This document shows, piece by piece, positions 1-10,531 of a stretch of DNA of 64,000 bases. The first letter of the stretch is position 1. Every line of letters starts with the position of its first letter. The position numbers were made by a program, and so were the translations under genes. The stretch covers positions 255,301 to 319,300 of the forward strand of contig CAVYJG010000022.1 in assembly GCA_963768695.1 (NCBI GenBank), in the 5' to 3' direction. Below the pieces are notes generated by a model. It was not told where the DNA came from and searched no databases. It was given only the letters and a program-made list of their open reading frames with translations. The stretch is from an uncultured Acidobacteriota bacterium. Lineage in GTDB: Bacteria > Acidobacteriota > Terriglobia > UBA7540.

Positions 1-415
1 ACTGCCCCCCTGCACACCAGATCTTGTCGGGAGGGTCAAAGTAGTACATCTTGGGCACGATCATGTCACCGGCGTGCTCCTCGAGCCCCGCGATTAGCTT
101 CTCCAGCAACGCCGGCTCGAACTCGGTATCGTTATTGATGATCAGGACAGCCTCACAACCTTGCTCCAAGCAGGCTCGAATCCCCTGATTGTTGCCAGCC
201 GCTAACCCGAGGTTTCTGCTTTCGGCCTTGACGACGATGCGTGTGTCTCCGTAGGTGGCGAGTTGCTGCAATGTTGTATCGGAGGAGGCATTATCTATCA
301 CGAACAATACGAAATGGTGATGAGACTGCCGCAACATCGAGCGCATAAATCCATCGATGACACCCGCGCTGTTGTAAGTCACTGTAACCACGCCGACTTT
401 GGTTTCATTGGCCAT
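1..415 (-). CDS. Glycosyltransferase family 2, N-terminal part (3' end lies beyond the left window edge)
   Basis: Absent from the ORF track because it is partial. Reverse translation from ATG 415..413 reads MANETKVGVVTVTYNSAGVIDGFMRSMLRQSHHHFVLFVIDNASSDTT...AVLIINNDTEFEP, a typical GT2/GT-A layout (VTYN, IDNxS, NNDTEF). Confidence 0.75.
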   Translation of the reverse strand, partial: MANETKVGVVTVTYNSAGVIDGFMRSMLRQSHHHFVLFVIDNASSDTTLQQLATYGDTRIVVKAESRNLGLAAGNNQGIRACLEQGCEAVLIINNDTEFEPALLEKLIAGLEEHAGDMIVPKMYYFDPPDKIWCAGGQ

Positions 416-544
416 GCCAGAATCCCTGTTGGCTCTGTTCCTCAAGCGAGAACCCAAAGAGCATGGTAACGGCGCATTCCGCTGCCCGTAGTCGCCTTGT
501 CAAATGCTTGCCGATAGATCCGGCATCGCCCGCAAGGAGTGCGT

Positions 545-1498
545 TTATGACTCTTTCTGAACCTTCCGTGCGGTGATCTCGATCACGTCACCCATTCGAA
601 TCAAATCCAGAGATTTCGCCAACCAGTGACAGATCAATCGAAGCGGAATGTTGTTGATCAACAGTCCCTCTGACGATTTCCGATGGTTATTCCGATTGCA
701 TAATATTTGAAGGCTGCCCAGGATGCCCGCGTAATCGGAGTCGTATGAAATCCGGTCGATTGAAAAATGATGCCTGGCGAGCAATTGTGATAACGTCTTG
801 ACCGAATAGTCGAAGGGATGAACCGGCGCGCACAGGTGCCACCAGTAGCGCTTGAAGACGCGGGCATTCAGGCCATCGATATTGGGCACGCCGATCAGCA
901 GTTTCCCCTGAGGCTTTAGAATCCTGTAAATCTCGTCCAGGGTCTCGTTCGGACAAGTCATATGTTCGAAAGAGTGGTTCGCGCGCACGTAGTCAAAGAA
1001 CTCGGAGCGGAATTTCGCTTGCTGGACGGTTCCGCAGAATATCTGCAGACCTTGCGATTGCCCCAGCGAGCTCGCAGCTTTGCTGATCTCCACGCCGTAA
1101 GGCATCCAGCCTCGGGTGCGCATCTCCTGCAAGAACCAACCGCTTCCGCAGCCCAGGTCGAGGACCGTGCCGGGGCTCTCAAAGTGTGGGTCCTTCGCCC
1201 CGGCCTTATATCCCAATAGCCCCTTCACCACCTGCTTCCAGCGAGGAGTTCGGAAATTGTCCTGGTATGCGTAATAATCGCTCGGATAGACAGTTGCCAA
1301 CTCCTGGTCGGAATACCTGGGATTTAGAAAAACGACGGAGCAATTTGCGCATTGCACGACGCGGTGCCGGCCGGGAGTCCCGTAGTGTTGATCCCGCGTC
1401 ACGTAGAGCTCCTGAAAATCCGGTGCTTCACAAAGGGGGCAAACTCGCAAATCTTCACTCATTGATCGTTTCGAGGCTAATTTCCAGTTCCGCGGCAT
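545..1498 (-). CDS. Class I SAM-dependent methyltransferase with an N-terminal Cys4 zinc-ribbon-like motif
   Basis: 317-aa ORF. It has the SAM-binding motif VLDLGCGSGWF and CPLC...CANC near the N-terminus. The ORF start overlaps the upstream gene by 22 nt, so the internal Met at 1462 (MSEDLRVCPLCE) is an alternative start. Confidence 0.8.
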   Translation of the reverse strand: MPRNWKLASKRSMSEDLRVCPLCEAPDFQELYVTRDQHYGTPGRHRVVQCANCSVVFLNPRYSDQELATVYPSDYYAYQDNFRTPRWKQVVKGLLGYKAGAKDPHFESPGTVLDLGCGSGWFLQEMRTRGWMPYGVEISKAASSLGQSQGLQIFCGTVQQAKFRSEFFDYVRANHSFEHMTCPNETLDEIYRILKPQGKLLIGVPNIDGLNARVFKRYWWHLCAPVHPFDYSVKTLSQLLARHHFSIDRISYDSDYAGILGSLQILCNRNNHRKSSEGLLINNIPLRLICHWLAKSLDLIRMGDVIEITARKVQKES

Positions 1499-3006
1499 AC
1501 TACCGCCACGGTCTTGAGCAGAATCTTCACATCCAACCAGAGGGTCCAGTTCTCGATGTAGTCGAGATCAATCTCCATGTTCGCCTCGAAGGAAGGATTG
1601 TGCCGGGCAGTAACCTGCCACAAGCCCGTGATACCGGGTCTGACGTCCAGTCGGCGCAGATCTTCCAGCGTGTATCGATCATAGTCGTCCACCGGGTGTG
1701 GCCTGGGGCCCACCAGACTCATCTCTCCCAGCCACACGTTGATCAATTGGGGTAATTCATCAACGCTGTATTTACGAAGCCATTGTCCACACTGCGTGAT
1801 GCGTGGATCCTTTTTCATCTTGAAAAAAGGGCCCTGGCGTTCGTTGGCGGCGCGCAGGGTCTCTTTCTGCGCGTCGGCGTCCGCCACCATGGTGCGCAGC
1901 TTGTAGCAGCAGAATTTGCGTCCCTTCTTCCCCACCCGTGGCGCAGCATAGATGGCAGGCCCGGGCGAATCGAACCGAATCCACAGCGCCGCAAGTGCCA
2001 GGACCGGAGCAGTAAAAACCAAACACAGCGACGCCACCGAAATATCCATGGCCCGCTTCAGGGCAAGACCCAGAGTCGGAATAGGCTGCCAGTGAAGGTC
2101 CATAACCGGGTAACCGCCGATCGTATGCAGCGCGGCCCGCCAGGCAAGGCCATCGTACAGGTCAGGCACAATCTTCAGCCCTAGCCGCAATCGGCGGGCG
2201 TCGAGGGCCATCTCCTTGACCAGTTCCCTGTCAAAAGGCAGAGCTATGAAGAGTTCATCCACAAAATACGATAGAGCCACCGCACGCAGATCGCGAAATG
2301 ATCCCACCGCGCGGGCGTCCCTGTTGGGATCGGCATCGAGGAAGCCGCACACCTCATATCCGAGGTCCGGATTCTCTTCCAGCCAGCGGGTCAGGGCGCT
2401 TCTTTGCCGCTCCGCACCAACCACCAGCACCCGCGAAATGCCACGACCTGCCGCCTTCCGCTTCAGCAGAAGGTGCCGTCCGGCGGCGCGCCATCCCAAG
2501 AGCGTAAAAACACTTGTTGCGCCCGACCCGATGAAAACAACTCGCGACAAGAGCTTGTCTCCGGAAGCAAAAATGCAGAACATGAGGAGTGCTGTTGCCA
2601 GGCCCACGGCTTTTGCTGCCGTCTTGGACTCCGTTACGAACCCCCGGTCACGCGGCATATCGTAGACTCCGAGGCTTTCGCAGCAAAGAACCACGAGCGT
2701 CGAATGGAGTAGAATGAAACTCAGGTTTGTGCGGCCAAACAAACCAGCAAATAACCCCAACTGCGCGCTGAACGGATGCGCTACCGCGAACCGCAGCCAG
2801 AAAATGGTAACACCGGTAATTAATACCAATAATGCGTCAGTGGCAGCGGAAGCGATTTGAACTGGAAGGTCGTGCACCAGGCTTCGGCCCTTTGCCACGC
2901 CTCGAAAAACCGGTCGCGCGGGGCTCTTGCCTTCGGTGACGAAGTCAGGTGGGGACGCCTGCCCCTTCATCGGTCTCCCGGAAGGGTGTTGGGATGTGCC
3001 ATTCAT
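1477..3006 (-). CDS. Exopolysaccharide priming sugar transferase (polyprenyl glycosylphosphotransferase, WbaP/EpsB-like)
   Basis: 509-aa ORF with several N-terminal TM segments. The C-terminal bacterial sugar transferase signature is present: GPRP, DELPQLINVWLGEMSLVGPRPHP, RPGITGLWQV. Confidence 0.85.
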   Translation of the reverse strand: MNGTSQHPSGRPMKGQASPPDFVTEGKSPARPVFRGVAKGRSLVHDLPVQIASAATDALLVLITGVTIFWLRFAVAHPFSAQLGLFAGLFGRTNLSFILLHSTLVVLCCESLGVYDMPRDRGFVTESKTAAKAVGLATALLMFCIFASGDKLLSRVVFIGSGATSVFTLLGWRAAGRHLLLKRKAAGRGISRVLVVGAERQRSALTRWLEENPDLGYEVCGFLDADPNRDARAVGSFRDLRAVALSYFVDELFIALPFDRELVKEMALDARRLRLGLKIVPDLYDGLAWRAALHTIGGYPVMDLHWQPIPTLGLALKRAMDISVASLCLVFTAPVLALAALWIRFDSPGPAIYAAPRVGKKGRKFCCYKLRTMVADADAQKETLRAANERQGPFFKMKKDPRITQCGQWLRKYSVDELPQLINVWLGEMSLVGPRPHPVDDYDRYTLEDLRRLDVRPGITGLWQVTARHNPSFEANMEIDLDYIENWTLWLDVKILLKTVAVVCRGTGN

Positions 3007-3297
3007 AGGAGTTACTTATCTCCTGGATTCCCAACCGATGTCAGGGTTGCGACGATAAGAAACGAGTTCGTTCAGGGCGGCTGATCGCAGACTCGGAGAC
3101 GGATAAGAAGCGATGAGTCAGCGTCAGAGGGTGTTCGGTCCTTCGGCCTCAATCCTCCACAATCAGTCCACAGTTTCCGGAGAAGGAGGCCGGCTACTTG
3201 CAATGGGCAATTACTGCTCACAGCTCCGCCCTGTCAGTTACAGGGAGATGTGTGAGTTAACCCCCTACAACGCAAGACGATACGAGAGAAACCTCTG

Positions 3298-4731
3298 CTA
3301 TTTGAGTTGTTCATTCTGAGTATCAAGTGGGTCAAGATGGCCCCCGGCGTCTCCGCTCAACGTATGAGGCCCAACACCTGTTCGTGAAGTCCATGGCATT
3401 GCCGTCCGCACGGCAGCGAAGACTTCATGCCCCAACCCTTTTCCGGGGCTGGACGAGTCCATCTGCTCCCACGCCCTGCGGCCGAATGCCCAAGCCACTC
3501 CGAACGCAAGCGCCAGCACTGTTCCCAGTTCCACGAGCAGTAGGCGCGGAGGAAATGACGGCTTCTCCGGAAGGTTCGGAGGGTCGAGCACCTTCACGGT
3601 TGGGATACCTTTCGCTTCTTGCACCTTGGCCAGTTCATATTCCTGGGTCAACCTGTCAAACAGCATCTCCTCAATCTTGGTCTTACGGTACAGGTCGGCG
3701 TAAGCGACGCCGAGCAACGGCAGATTCCTGATCCAAGGGTAGAGCGCATCGCCCTGCGTCGCGTTCGACTGCGAGGCACTCTCGTCTTTCCCTCCATGTT
3801 TCGCGAGTTGGCGTTCCAGTTCGGCAACTTGTGTTTGCACGGACCGCACCCGGGCATCGCTGTCCGCGTAATGCTGTCGGAGCCGTTCGAGTTCCAGTTG
3901 TGCCGCCAGATATTGCCCTTGGAGAATCGCTGCGGCTCCGAGCATGGCCGTACTCTGTTGCTTGATATCAATCCCGGTATTCTTTGCCAAGAACTCGCTA
4001 AACTCTTTCTCGGCTGTCTCCAAATCCTGTTTGACCCCTTGCAAACGTCCTTCCAGGAAAATACGTTCGCGGCGCGCTGAAGACGTGCTTACCTGGGTCA
4101 CCGTTCGATTGAGTTCTTCAACATAGGCTTGGGCCATCGCCGCCGCCCTCTGGGGGCTCCTGTCGGTGACGGTAATCGTGATGATCTGGCTCTTGCGGTC
4201 CACCGTAATGGCGCTCTGTTTCTCCAACTTCTTGCGCGCATCCTCGATGCGGACGGCTCCATAGACCTTTCTTAAGTCAAACTTCTGGATGAGCGCATCT
4301 TCCACCGTGCGACTGCTGAGGACGCCGGCCAGGAGGTCGCTGTTGTTCCTTTGACCCAATAGCTCGCTGGCGATTCCCCCCAGTCCGGCCGTGCCTCCTG
4401 CAAGCGCTAAGGCCGCTTGGGCGAGGCCGGCACTCGACGGGTTGTCGGGCGGCATCAAACGCACCGAGGATTCGTAGCTGTTGGGAATGAGTAACACAAT
4501 CAGCGTAGACAGCAGTAGGCCGACAACGGCAACACACCCCAGGAACAGACGGCTCTCCCAGAGCAAGGAAAGACGCTCAACAATCCGAGTCTGAGTCGCG
4601 ACCTCGCGGAAATCCCGCTGCGCCTTCCGCTCCTCCACCATAAGCTCGTCGTTTTCCACGCGCGCCGAGGCCCCGGCATCGAGGTCCGGCAATGCAGCCA
4701 GACTTCTCGGATCTCGTCGCTTCATGTCCAT
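3298..4731 (-). CDS. Polysaccharide chain-length determinant (Wzz/GumC-like) protein, without a tyrosine-kinase domain
   Basis: 477-aa ORF. It has an N-terminal TM (LFLGCVAVVGLLLSTLIVLLIP), a long coiled-coil periplasmic region and a C-terminal TM (LLLVELGTVLALAFGVAWAF). Context is next to the priming transferase. Confidence 0.7.
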   Translation of the reverse strand: MDMKRRDPRSLAALPDLDAGASARVENDELMVEERKAQRDFREVATQTRIVERLSLLWESRLFLGCVAVVGLLLSTLIVLLIPNSYESSVRLMPPDNPSSAGLAQAALALAGGTAGLGGIASELLGQRNNSDLLAGVLSSRTVEDALIQKFDLRKVYGAVRIEDARKKLEKQSAITVDRKSQIITITVTDRSPQRAAAMAQAYVEELNRTVTQVSTSSARRERIFLEGRLQGVKQDLETAEKEFSEFLAKNTGIDIKQQSTAMLGAAAILQGQYLAAQLELERLRQHYADSDARVRSVQTQVAELERQLAKHGGKDESASQSNATQGDALYPWIRNLPLLGVAYADLYRKTKIEEMLFDRLTQEYELAKVQEAKGIPTVKVLDPPNLPEKPSFPPRLLLVELGTVLALAFGVAWAFGRRAWEQMDSSSPGKGLGHEVFAAVRTAMPWTSRTGVGPHTLSGDAGGHLDPLDTQNEQLK

Positions 4732-4968
4732 TGGCTCGTAGTCCAGCCCAAGCTACCCTACGATATTACCCTTGTTCGGCAGCAAATAGTTATCAGAATT
4801 ACAGTGATTTAAGAGTCTATCCTTTGCCCTCGGGCGCCCCTTCCTCGATAGGGGCAATTTCACCGAAGCGCGCTGCTGTGAAGTGCCTGATGTGAAATTC
4901 GTCAGAATGCGCTCCCGATGGCTCAGCGATGAGAACATTCGAGCCTACCCGCGTATGTTCGCGGCGCT

Positions 4969-5595
4969 TCAGAAAGGCGCTAGGGGGCGGCCGGGGAGTT
5001 CGTGGCAATCGTAGCAGCGGGGCTCGTAGGTTTCCTTGCCGCCGACCTGCACTTGGGGAGCATTGTAAGGCGCGGGCTTTCCGTCGAGGATGCGCTGCGG
5101 GAGCGGTGCGGGCCTTCCGCAGCGTGCGCAGAGGGGGTTCAACCACATGCAGTCATGGCCACTCTTGCAAAGTCCAAAAAGCTGCAGCGTGGAGCCGAAG
5201 GGCTCGCGCTTGAAGTCCAGCGCCAGGCCGGCTGCGATCACGTCGTAGCCTCGATCGAGCAGCTCATCGACCACCAGGAAAAAGCCGGAGCCGGTGGGGA
5301 AGAACTGAACCTCGTCCACCGCGATCAGATGGTAACGGCAGCCCATCTCGGATTCCTTCTCCCTCACCACTCGCAGCATCTGCCAGGGATCGCGCGCCGG
5401 CACATCCACAGCGTCCATCATTTTGCCGTGATAGTCCTTGATGTACCCCGTGTCGCTGCGCGTATCGACATCGGGCTTGAAAATCAGGATGCGCTTCCGG
5501 CCGAACTGTCGCAGGGTTTCAACTTCCAGCATCAGCCGGCCCGTCTTGTTGCCGAACATGTTCCCGATGATGAGTTTGAATTCTCCCCTCGGCAT
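4969..5595 (-). CDS. tdk: Thymidine kinase
   Basis: MPRGEFKLIIGNMFGNKTGRL (P-loop region), LIAVDEVQFF, and the C-terminal zinc motif CARCG...CYDCH. The start was moved to the internal Met (5595) of the 232-aa ORF to fit the usual Tdk N-terminus. Confidence 0.85.
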   Translation of the reverse strand: MPRGEFKLIIGNMFGNKTGRLMLEVETLRQFGRKRILIFKPDVDTRSDTGYIKDYHGKMMDAVDVPARDPWQMLRVVREKESEMGCRYHLIAVDEVQFFPTGSGFFLVVDELLDRGYDVIAAGLALDFKREPFGSTLQLFGLCKSGHDCMWLNPLCARCGRPAPLPQRILDGKPAPYNAPQVQVGGKETYEPRCYDCHELPGRPLAPF

Positions 5596-5754
5596 TCGCG
5601 CCTCTCTTTCTGGCAGAGTGTGATTTTCAACTACGGCACTCAATGTCTGGTGGCCCCCATCTCTCACGAGTTGAGAACACTCTTACCCATCGGGGCTCGA
5701 GTGTCAAGATCGGGTCTCCTCTCTCAGAAGATGTGGAAAAATCACCAGACCATA

Positions 5755-5834
5755 TCATTCCGAGCGAAGAGAGGAATCTGCAGTTCTTTGTTTCCAAGTG
5801 GATAACTGCAGATGCTTCGCTTCGCTCAGCATGA
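5755..5834. repeat. Imperfect 29-bp inverted repeat (REP-like element, likely terminator for the aldo/keto reductase gene)
   Basis: Left arm tcattccgagcgaagagaggaatctgcag (5755..5783). The right arm (5806..5834) has reverse complement tcatgctgagcgaagcgaagcatctgcag. I count 24 of 29 matches with a 22-nt loop. It sits directly 3' of the stop at 5858. A related single copy is at 13888..13916. Confidence 0.7.
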
Positions 5835-5857
5835 CAGCGCGATTTTCTCATACCTTC

Positions 5858-6889
<1,032 letters not shown>

Positions 6890-7062
6890 TTATGCCCTTG
6901 CTCTCGAAGCTGCTCAAGCTCGACATGGCCATAGTACGGGGGATTCTCAGCCGGAAGGAGTTCAAACTGCGTGAGGGTTAGTCCCAGGGTCGCGCGGTCG
7001 TGATCGGGACAACCACCGGTGGATCGTAATGAGAATCCGCAGGGGGATCGCCGGACGCATGC

Positions 7063-8853
7063 TTACAATTTTATATGGATCACGCCGACGGTAAACAGCG
7101 CCTGCGTTGCGATGCCTATGCCGAGGCACGTAATCACCGTGGCTGAAGCCGCCGGCAGCCAGCGGTTGATGAGCGGACCCTCACTCGGCAACCGGGAGAG
7201 CATGCGGCGCGCATAGACCGTGATCATGCCGATGGAGATAAGCACCGCGGCTAAGCCGAGGCTAAACGCCACGATCAGGTACAGTCCGAACGCTACGCGA
7301 TGAAGCGAGATGGCGCTCAACAACACGACAAGCGCCGCAGGACAAGGGACGATGCCACCGGTTACTCCCAGCGTCACCAGTTGCCGGTAAGAAAATGGAG
7401 TTTCCGCGTGGTGCGCGTGCCCGGAGTCGTGCGGGTGGTCATGACGGTGCTCGTGAGCGTGCGCATGCGGATGTGCGTGGCCGGGCGATGGGTGATCGTG
7501 GGTATGCTCGTGCGGATGTTGGTGCTCATGGATGTGACCCAGCGGGCCATGGTGATGATGGTGTTCGTGCGAGTGATGATGTCCGGCCCAACGGCGTCGT
7601 AGCATGTAGATTCCGAGGAAAGCGATGGTAAGCCCGGAGACGATGCCCAGCCAGGGGTAGAGGTGGTCGGGAACAATATACTTCGAGGCGTAAAGGGTAA
7701 TGAGCCCCAGCGCGTAAACTCCGGCGGTGTGCGTGATGGTGACGATCAAACCAAGAAGCAGGGCATGGGCGGCCGTTCCTTGCGACCCCACCAGGTACGC
7801 CGCGACGATCGTCTTTCCGTGTCCCGGCTCGAGTGCGTGCAGACCTCCTAATGCGGCAGCGACGAGCGCCGCGGTAAGCAAAAACCAGAGGCCCCATTGG
7901 TTCGAGGCAATAAGTTCAGTGAAGGAGTTGCGAGGAGTGCCTTCTTTATTGGCTTCCAGCGTCAGCTTCCGGGTTGGCGCCTCAACATGCAGGGGGACTG
8001 ATGCGACAAGCGCAGGAGTCGGATTTAAGGGGAGAGGTGGTACGAAGTTACTCTCAGCGTCCCGTCGGGCGGGAGCGTGGACGGCATTCGGTGCTTTCTT
8101 CGGACGGGTCGGGCCGGGTGCGGGCGCAGCTTCGTGGTTCGGCCTGGCGCTCGGGAAATTATCGACCGACGCAGCCGCGTTCGCGCTGCCACCCGCGGAC
8201 AAGCCGCCGGCGAGTACGAACGTCAACCGGGCAGAGAGGTCCTGCGGCGGGCTGTTGACTAAATCGGTGGGATAATTCGCAAGTTCCTGACTGCGCGAAA
8301 CGCCCGCAGCAGTGCTCATCACCAATGTCGCGCCGGGCCCCGTAGCAGCAACCACTTCCTTCCATCCGGCGCGCTCCGGAAAGTTGCCATCGCGATATTC
8401 AAGCGTGCAAGGACACGCCACTCCCAAAAGTTGGGAACGATATACGACCCCGATTTTCATGGTCGGCAAATTGCCGGCGCCAGGCGGGAAAATCACATTC
8501 TTCGACACGGTTTCAAACGCCAGAGGCCGGCCATTGAGGGTCACGACCAACCCGTTTCGAAGAGCCTCGGCCTTCGACGCAAGGTACGCGATGACCCGGG
8601 GATCGTCAGGCGCCGGCACAATGCCCGTGGTTTGCATCTCCTGAAAGGTGGGAATCTCCGCCATATCCAGAATGTAGCGTAAATCTATTGTGCCTGCCTC
8701 GATGCGGAAACCGGCGAAATGGCTGATGCTGAAGTTGCCCATGGGATGCGCCGGGGCACTTCGTGGAGCGATAAGCATGAGCCCCGCGATGAGCGGGACG
8801 AGACCAGGGATGATCTTGCGGTGTTTCGTCATTTGCCCGGATGTGAAGGTCAT
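7063..8853 (-). CDS. Fusion protein: secreted N-terminal domain plus NicO/RcnA-type nickel/cobalt transporter with a His-rich loop
   Basis: 596-aa ORF. The signal peptide ends ..PRSAPA, followed by HPMGNFSISHF. The C-terminal membrane domain carries the NicO-type motif HALEPGHGKT and a 59-residue loop with 29 His (7408..7584). Its ATG overlaps the upstream TPR gene stop (ATGA at 8850..8853). Confidence 0.7.
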   Translation of the reverse strand: MTFTSGQMTKHRKIIPGLVPLIAGLMLIAPRSAPAHPMGNFSISHFAGFRIEAGTIDLRYILDMAEIPTFQEMQTTGIVPAPDDPRVIAYLASKAEALRNGLVVTLNGRPLAFETVSKNVIFPPGAGNLPTMKIGVVYRSQLLGVACPCTLEYRDGNFPERAGWKEVVAATGPGATLVMSTAAGVSRSQELANYPTDLVNSPPQDLSARLTFVLAGGLSAGGSANAAASVDNFPSARPNHEAAPAPGPTRPKKAPNAVHAPARRDAESNFVPPLPLNPTPALVASVPLHVEAPTRKLTLEANKEGTPRNSFTELIASNQWGLWFLLTAALVAAALGGLHALEPGHGKTIVAAYLVGSQGTAAHALLLGLIVTITHTAGVYALGLITLYASKYIVPDHLYPWLGIVSGLTIAFLGIYMLRRRWAGHHHSHEHHHHHGPLGHIHEHQHPHEHTHDHPSPGHAHPHAHAHEHRHDHPHDSGHAHHAETPFSYRQLVTLGVTGGIVPCPAALVVLLSAISLHRVAFGLYLIVAFSLGLAAVLISIGMITVYARRMLSRLPSEGPLINRWLPAASATVITCLGIGIATQALFTVGVIHIKL

Positions 8854-10238
8854 TCGAGGGAACCTCCCGGCTTCGAGTCGTGCGCGGCAGGAGTACCGGT
8901 GCTGAGTTTGTGCGCGCCGGACTCCGCGAGTTGGCCGAGCATCTCTCGCGCCTGGCTGGCATAGATCAAGTGGAAGTTGGGGTTCAAAGCCAGGGCGCGA
9001 TTGAGCAGCGTCTCGGCGCGTTCGGGGCGGCCCAGTTGGAACTCGATCATTCCGGCGTGAAAATCCAAGAGAGCATCATCCGTGCCGAGCGCGAGCGCCT
9101 TCTTCATGGCCTCGGCAGCCTCAGGGATGTTCCCATTCTTGAAAAGCACCCACGCCAGGATGTCCCACGTGTAGATGTCGTGGCGAACATCCAACTCCTT
9201 CCTGGCTAAGTCGCAGGACTCTTTCAGTTTGAGATTGTGATCGGCGTAAAAGAGCGCGAGTTCGCGGTAGAACAGCCTCTCGTTAACAGGATTGAGAGTG
9301 CTGATGAATTCGACCAGTGCAAGCTGTTTGCGGGCGTCGTCGAAGCGCCCCAATTGCAGGTCGAGGTCGTAGAGCGCAGCCGCGTAGGCAGGGTACGGCA
9401 CAACCGCAATGGCCTTCTGATAAAGTGCGATCGCCTCCGTATATCTTCCCTGCGCCGTGCGAACCTCACCCAGGCCCGCGAGGTTGCGGTATGAATGGGG
9501 GTCAATGGCCACCCCGGCCGCATAAGCCTGCTCCGCACCGGTGAGGTCCCCGCTCTTAAAGCAGAACTCGCCCAACTGGTATTGGCTCCACGCCACGTTT
9601 TCCGCCGGCAGGTGCAAGGTGGTGGCGCGAGCAATCGCCTCGCGCATCAACTTGATGGCGCTTTGAACGTCACCCCGAAGAAAGCGCAGATAGGCCACGC
9701 GACTGTCGCGCTCGTAAACCACGCCTGAGGCGTCGTCCCCGGTGCGGAGCGGATCACTCAACCTTGCGTAAGCTTCGGCGGCGCGGTCATATTCCCCCAT
9801 GTCGGTCAGGGCGTCCCCGACGATGGCCCAAGGTGAGGGATCGCCCGCGCCCAGCGCCAGTGCATCTTGTGCCCAGGTGAGAGCCTCCTCGAACTGATGT
9901 TCCGCCATCGCCAGCACTGCCCTATGCGTCTTGGCGGAGGCTGCCGCCGGATCGTTCGAAACGAGGTCGAGGGATTTGTCCAATGCTTCCTTCGCCAGTT
10001 CGTAATAGCTTGCGTCTGCTGTCTCCCGTCCTTTCTGGATAAAAGCTGCCCCCAATTGGTCGTACGCCTTGAAGTCCGTGGGGTAGATCTTGAGGTGAGT
10101 TTGCAAGGAACGGATGGCGGCGTCGGTGGAGTTCTGCGCGGCGCCGCTGCTAAAGCAGGTTAGCAGAGACAGCGCCAGCACAAAACACTGCCTCACCAAG
10201 CCTACCTGCTGTTTGTAGGGCGAGCGAGCGTGTTCCAT
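8850..10238 (-). CDS. Secreted tetratricopeptide-repeat protein
   Basis: 462-aa ORF with an N-terminal signal-like segment (CFVLALSLLTCFSSGAAQ). Repeated TPR-like A..A/Y..G helices run throughout. Confidence 0.75.
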   Translation of the reverse strand: MEHARSPYKQQVGLVRQCFVLALSLLTCFSSGAAQNSTDAAIRSLQTHLKIYPTDFKAYDQLGAAFIQKGRETADASYYELAKEALDKSLDLVSNDPAAASAKTHRAVLAMAEHQFEEALTWAQDALALGAGDPSPWAIVGDALTDMGEYDRAAEAYARLSDPLRTGDDASGVVYERDSRVAYLRFLRGDVQSAIKLMREAIARATTLHLPAENVAWSQYQLGEFCFKSGDLTGAEQAYAAGVAIDPHSYRNLAGLGEVRTAQGRYTEAIALYQKAIAVVPYPAYAAALYDLDLQLGRFDDARKQLALVEFISTLNPVNERLFYRELALFYADHNLKLKESCDLARKELDVRHDIYTWDILAWVLFKNGNIPEAAEAMKKALALGTDDALLDFHAGMIEFQLGRPERAETLLNRALALNPNFHLIYASQAREMLGQLAESGAHKLSTGTPAAHDSKPGGSLE

Positions 10239-10270
10239 AAGTGTTAACCTAAGCAGGAAGCGTGGACCGC

Positions 10271-10470
10271 GAATGCCCGAAGGGCATTAACATCATTAGC
10301 CGTAGGTGAAACCTACGGATGAATAGCCATCTCGCTTTCGATACCGGCCGACCCCGACGGGGTCGAATACGCCACCGTTCAACCCCTTCGGGGTTGGTTA
10401 ACCCTCGGGTGTCCGGCCTTTCCGTAGGTTTCACCTACGGCTAATGTCATTGGGTCCCTTCGGGACCCCC
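10271..10470. repeat. Composite hairpin/MITE-like element bounded by a perfect 25-bp inverted repeat
   Basis: cattagccgtaggtgaaacctacgg (10294..10318) is the exact reverse complement of ccgtaggtttcacctacggctaatg (10422..10446). Each arm is itself a hairpin. Further hairpins are aatgcccgaagggcatt, gaccccgacggggtc, aaccccttcggggtt and gggtcccttcgggaccc. Confidence 0.8.
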
Positions 10471-10531
10471 GGGGGCGTCCAGCGAAAGATGTGGGACACG
10501 ACGCTCCGACCCAAGTGAGAGAGTTGTTCGT

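Noticed and set aside
7300-7676. Several roughly 100-aa ORFs on both strands rich in V/R/M or T/R within the His-rich region.
   Set aside because: They are alternative-frame readings of the CAC/CAT-rich loop of the transporter gene.
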